Shown here piece by piece: positions 59,900-64,000 of a stretch of 64,000 bases of DNA. Under the pieces are notes generated by a model. The model saw only the letters and a program-made list of their open reading frames with translations, had not been told where the DNA came from and did no database searches. The position numbers and the translations under genes are program-made. Position 1 is the first letter of the stretch, and every line of letters begins with the position of its first letter. The DNA is from an uncultured Spirochaetota bacterium (GTDB taxonomy: Bacteria; Spirochaetota; UBA4802; UBA5550), in the NCBI GenBank assembly GCA_963827275.1, contig CAWHAA010000004.1, forward strand, positions 480,001 through 544,000. Reading direction: 5' to 3'.

Positions 59900-61342
59900 C
59901 TATGTTAGTTTTATCAGGTGTGACAGCGGGTTGACCAGCTTCCCGTGTGTTTTATTCATGAAAGCCCTCGTCAAAAGGTAGAGCGATCGTAACGGATTGA
60001 TGGGCGCGAGCTTCATGGGGTTCACTTTCATGAGATGGCACATCGATTCCGTGGTGGCGCGCAGGTCGTTGCAGACGCCGCTCCGGTACACGCGCCGCGC
60101 GCCGAGCCGCCGCTCCAGGCCTTCGGCCAGCTCCTCGATGGCGCAGTGGCCGGCAATCAGGACCGGCCCGCTGATCGAGTCGATCTCCCCGCGGTCGAAT
60201 CCCTTGCCCATCACCAGCGTCCATCCCCCCCTGCCGTTAAAGTCTTTCACGAGGGACTGCAGCACGGCGAGGGGATTGTTGACGCACCCCTCGCGGCAGG
60301 CCATCTCCCTGCCGCGAATGATCCTGACGCTTTCCGGAAATTCCGGATAGAGATCGAAGGGGTATTTGCCGCCGAATTTTTTCAGGTCCCCGATGATGTC
60401 GATGTTCTTCATGTCCCGGTAATCGCCGCGCAGCGTTATATCGCCGGGCTTTTCCACGCCGTCACCCAGGCCGCGCTCGATGGCCAGCCTGAGGTGCGGC
60501 ACGTCGGCGACGTCGTAGCCGAATACCTGCGCCCCGACGATATCCGCCGCGACCACGTTGGGGCTCCCGATGAGGATGCGGAATGGCTTGACGCAGGTAT
60601 CGGCGAGCGCGAGGGCGTTGTAGTGGCCGTAGATGCTCCCCTCGACCCCCTCAATCAGGGTGAAGTCGGGCCGCACGCGCGCGAGCACGTCGACGAGCTT
60701 GCTGTGGAGATTGTAGTTGTGGTCGTAGCCCCGGTCTTCGTGGCGCGGGAAAGCCCACTGGTTCTTGATGCCCAGGGTCACGACGCCCATGGAGTGGGTC
60801 TTCAGCTTGGGGAGGTTGATGTAGAGGTTCTCATCGCGCTTCGCGATGAGCTTGTCGGCCACGGTTTTCGATATGCGGAGGGTGTTCCAGTCGTATCCGC
60901 GGGGCCGGTCCGTGAAGGTGGTCTCTGTCGTTTTTTCCTCGTCGAGGTAGACCGGCACCGCTCCGAGTTTCCTGCATATCTTCGCATAGCCCGTAATCGC
61001 GAAGACGAGCCGGGTGATGTTGCACTGGGTGGAATTTTCGAAGACGTAGATATTCCTGGCTCCCGCTTCCTTCCAGTAGCGAATCACCGCCTCCAGCGCT
61101 TCGGGACGTGTATGCGCATACGGCTTCGAATCGACCGCGTTTGGCTTGATGTACACGTCTCCGCTCGATTTCAGCATTTTCTTTCCGCCGTACGCGTCGA
61201 AGATCTCCTTCACGCCGGCGGTAAGCTCCTTTTTCATTAATTCGCCGAGGGGCCGGTATGCCTTGAAGGTGCCGTCACCGTGCGGGGCGGCGAGTTTTTT
61301 TATGTACACGCTTGTTCTGTCTTCCGGTGTCGTGCCGCTCAT
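59900..61342 (-). CDS. DUF362 domain (Fe-S) protein
   Basis: VYIKPN, INLPKLKTH, TLGIKN, VVAAD; C-terminal CREGC, GHC and GVC cysteines. Confidence 0.85.
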   Translation of the reverse strand: MSGTTPEDRTSVYIKKLAAPHGDGTFKAYRPLGELMKKELTAGVKEIFDAYGGKKMLKSSGDVYIKPNAVDSKPYAHTRPEALEAVIRYWKEAGARNIYVFENSTQCNITRLVFAITGYAKICRKLGAVPVYLDEEKTTETTFTDRPRGYDWNTLRISKTVADKLIAKRDENLYINLPKLKTHSMGVVTLGIKNQWAFPRHEDRGYDHNYNLHSKLVDVLARVRPDFTLIEGVEGSIYGHYNALALADTCVKPFRILIGSPNVVAADIVGAQVFGYDVADVPHLRLAIERGLGDGVEKPGDITLRGDYRDMKNIDIIGDLKKFGGKYPFDLYPEFPESVRIIRGREMACREGCVNNPLAVLQSLVKDFNGRGGWTLVMGKGFDRGEIDSISGPVLIAGHCAIEELAEGLERRLGARRVYRSGVCNDLRATTESMCHLMKVNPMKLAPINPLRSLYLLTRAFMNKTHGKLVNPLSHLIKLT

Positions 61343-61403
61343 CGCGATCCTCCCTGCAAAAAGTGCGCGCCGCTCCCGGCGCGTTCCGTGTCCGCATTCC
61401 GCT

Positions 61404-63038
61404 TCATATAACGGGCAGCGTCAGCAGCGCGGACAGTTTCTCAATCTCCGCGGCTGTTTTCGCGCCGTCCCAGTTCAGTTCGCGCGCGGCCGCCTCCGCG
61501 GTCTTCCGTATAACGTCGACGCCGGGATGCCCGAGCGTGCCGAGCCCTGTCCTCCGGAGCATGATGTCCGGAAGAGTACGGGCCATTTCATGGCGTACCG
61601 CGTATACAACCTCCGCCAGTATCTCTCCGTCGTTGTTAAGGGGCCGGGCGAGGGTGGCGTCGTCCCTGGCGATATCGCAGACCAGGCGGTAGTCGCTTCC
61701 GTAGGCCATGCCGAGATAGTTCATCGTATTGCCGGGGAGTATGTTCTCCGTTCCGAGCGCCGAGGCGAAGGCCTGCAGGTCGGGGATTTCGCATCCTTTT
61801 AAAAATTCATCCGCCGTTGTGCAGTGTTTCATCTTTCGTCCCGATTTTTTCCGGACCTCCGCCATCACCTTCTCCGCGAGATTCCTGCTGGTGGTGTATT
61901 TGCCGCCTTCGACCGTGATCAGGCCGTCGAGTCCGTCAGCCGCGTTGTCGTATATCTCGTAGCGGCGCGACGAGCCGTAGGTGCCGGCGGTCTGTGTCTC
62001 AACGAGGGGGCGGAGGCCGCCGTAGGCATGGCGCACGTCGCCGTACCCGAGCGTGCCGCTTCCGAACGACTCGTTCACCTCGTCGATCAGCTCCTGTATG
62101 CTCTGTCGCGACACGCGGTAGCCGTCGGGCCCGCCGGTGTATTCCTTGTCGGTGGTGCCGACGAGGGTGTGCCCCCGCCAGGGAACGAAGAAGATGTGCC
62201 TGCCCCGCGTGGTCCTGAGTCCCACCATGTGGCTGTTGACCGTTTTGTCGGTAATGATGTGAATTCCCTCTGAGCGGGTAATATGACGCGCGGTGTCGCG
62301 GTGAAGGGCCTTTGCCAGGAGGATGTCGGCCCAGGGCCCGGCGCAGTTTATGACCAGCGACGCCCTGATCTTCAGCGTGGAGCCGCCCAGCTCATCGGTT
62401 ACCACGACGCCCCGGACTGATTTGCCCTCGACGATGAAATCGTCAACACGGGCGTAGTTCGCGACCCTGGCGCCATGGTGCGCCGCGGACCGGATAAAGG
62501 CGAGGGTGAGGCGCTCCGGGAAGGAGCTCAGGCAATCGTAATACACAAACCCGCCGTTCAGCCTGGCGGGCCGCACGCCCCCCTCCGCCGCGAGCACCTC
62601 CTTGCCCGACATCGAGCGGTGGCCCGGAAGCCGCTTGGCATGGTCCCGCGTCCTCCCTTTATCGAAGGAGAGGATGTCGTAGAGGATCATGCCGGCCCTC
62701 ATTACCTCTCTGCTGTTCATGAGGCCCTGGCCCGTGTAGGTCGCGATCAGGCAGGGAAGGGGGAGCACCAGGTTCGGCGCTATATTTTCCAGGATCCGCC
62801 GCTCGCGCAGCGACTCCCGGACCAGGGCCACCTCGCCGTTCGCGAGGTAGCGCAGGCCGCCGTGTATCAGCTTTGATGTCGCGGATGACGTGGCCGCGCC
62901 GAAATCGCCTTTTTCAACGAGGGCCACTGAAAAGCCCCTGCTCGCCGCGTCATAGGCAACGGCGGCGCCGGTGATGCCGCCGCCGATAATCACCATGTCG
63001 AATGTTTCTCCGTTGTACTGTTCGATAAATCGTTTCAT
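61404..63038 (-). CDS. glpD: FAD-dependent glycerol-3-phosphate dehydrogenase/oxidase family
   Basis: IIGGGITG, TSSATSKLIHGGLRYL, NCAGPW, GTTD, GLRPL, GGKYTT. Confidence 0.9.
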   Translation of the reverse strand: MKRFIEQYNGETFDMVIIGGGITGAAVAYDAASRGFSVALVEKGDFGAATSSATSKLIHGGLRYLANGEVALVRESLRERRILENIAPNLVLPLPCLIATYTGQGLMNSREVMRAGMILYDILSFDKGRTRDHAKRLPGHRSMSGKEVLAAEGGVRPARLNGGFVYYDCLSSFPERLTLAFIRSAAHHGARVANYARVDDFIVEGKSVRGVVVTDELGGSTLKIRASLVINCAGPWADILLAKALHRDTARHITRSEGIHIITDKTVNSHMVGLRTTRGRHIFFVPWRGHTLVGTTDKEYTGGPDGYRVSRQSIQELIDEVNESFGSGTLGYGDVRHAYGGLRPLVETQTAGTYGSSRRYEIYDNAADGLDGLITVEGGKYTTSRNLAEKVMAEVRKKSGRKMKHCTTADEFLKGCEIPDLQAFASALGTENILPGNTMNYLGMAYGSDYRLVCDIARDDATLARPLNNDGEILAEVVYAVRHEMARTLPDIMLRRTGLGTLGHPGVDVIRKTAEAAARELNWDGAKTAAEIEKLSALLTLPVI

Positions 63039-63039
63039 T

Positions 63040-63759
63040 TTATTTTTCCCCTGTACGGTGTTCTGTCAGGTAGTGTATCGTTTTACGCTCGGCGTATACG
63101 AGGAGGTCATACATGATCCTCCTGGATTTTTCCGGTTCCTGGCCTTTTATCGACTCGTATATGTCCCTGTAGAAGTTCATGGTGCGCCTGACGTTGGCCT
63201 GCTCCTCGAAATAGTAGGTCAGCAGCTGTGCGACCATGCCGCTGTTGTTGAAGAAGTTCAGCACGATAAGAAAGGGGATGTTCCTGCTCGCCCGGGCGAT
63301 GAGCCGGTACAGCATCATGTCCCTGTCATTCAGGGGAATGTCGTTGTCTTGTATGATGCGGTCCATCTCAACGAGGTCCTCCTCCGTCCTGTTCAGGGCC
63401 GCCTGATAGGCCACATCCGGCAGGATGAGCCTGCGGAGGTCAAGAAGGCCCTTCAGTATTTCGATATTGATGCCGCCGCCCGCGGTTGCCAGGGCCCGCA
63501 GGAGGTCCATGTTCCCGCTGTCAAGGTAGTCCTTGACATAGACGCCGTCGCCATGGCGGATTTCAACAAGGTCGAGCATCTCGAGTTTTTTGAATGCTTC
63601 ACGCACAGTCGCTCTGTTGACGTTCAGCCTTTCGGCGAGGTCGCGCTCCGGCGGGAGCTTGTCCCCTTCCCTGAATTCTCCGGATAGTATCTGTTCCTGG
63701 AGCTGGGTAACGATCCCTTCGTGCAGCCTGGTTTTCTGAAGCGGGTTGAGTATTGCCAT
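63040..63759 (-). CDS. GntR/FadR-family transcriptional regulator
   Basis: GDKLPPERDLAERLNVNRATVREA...RHGDG plus FCD domain. Confidence 0.93.
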   Translation of the reverse strand: MAILNPLQKTRLHEGIVTQLQEQILSGEFREGDKLPPERDLAERLNVNRATVREAFKKLEMLDLVEIRHGDGVYVKDYLDSGNMDLLRALATAGGGINIEILKGLLDLRRLILPDVAYQAALNRTEEDLVEMDRIIQDNDIPLNDRDMMLYRLIARASRNIPFLIVLNFFNNSGMVAQLLTYYFEEQANVRRTMNFYRDIYESIKGQEPEKSRRIMYDLLVYAERKTIHYLTEHRTGEK

Positions 63760-63776
63760 GATCTATTCACCTTTTG

Positions 63777-63795
63777 TGGTCGGGTGGTCCGACCA
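63777..63795. promoter_or_regulatory. FadR-subfamily operator
   Basis: TGGTCGG-GTGGT-CCGACCA inverted repeat containing TGGT-N3-ACCA, 18 nt upstream of the regulator start. Confidence 0.75.
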
Positions 63796-64000
63796 ATTTT
63801 AATATACTCAATCCCGTCCAGTCAGTCAAGGCGGGAGGCAAAAAAAATCAACAACAGGGGAATTTTGTAAGGTGTCTGTTGATCGGGGGGAGATGGGTAT
63901 GCCGGGATAATAATAAAAAAATTATATCAAAAAGTGGTTGAAATTTTTTATGTCTCATATATTATGTCTCTTAGGCTATAATTCAATACCTCCTTTTGAT

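Overview
Chromosomal window, most likely from an anaerobic, flagellated Spirochaetota of the Leptospira-related lineage. This is an inference from LipL45/FecR-like and DUF1564-like proteins, a 7TM-DISM chemoreceptor, spirochaete-style lipoboxes, NifU/NifS, a 2-oxoacid:ferredoxin oxidoreductase and cytochrome c3. The core content is housekeeping or metabolic: rml(A)CDB, nifUS, murA, a lytic transglycosylase, lepB, an FtsI-like PBP, a Maf flagellin glycosyltransferase, hom-thrC, TetR-icmF, a vor-type oxidoreductase, K+ transport genes and a FadR-glpD-DUF362-ADPS-FGGY operon. The most striking unannotated signal is a two-motif dispersed repeat system. Motif A is a non-palindromic 13-mer, TTRCTCTGACMCC, with about 19 copies (10 are exactly TTACTCTGACCCC). 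Motif B is a near-palindrome, CCGATAGTTATCGG, with 7 copies. They form phased mini-arrays at gene 3' ends and at edges of accessory blocks, flank a RAYT-like HUH/Y1 transposase, occur inside genes of the AT-rich island next to it, and form ~50-bp direct repeats around a 5.2-kb K+/stress cassette. Motif B also sits inside an AT-rich DUF1564/RHH-like gene. Other notable items are an in-frame relic of a paralogous ECF sigma C-terminus directly behind an AT-rich ECF gene, a +1 frameshift in the hom ACT domain, four phased TTYATTCC boxes and a c3-type tetraheme lipoprotein. No rRNA, tRNA, cas gene or reverse transcriptase was seen. All motif counts are by eye and may be incomplete.
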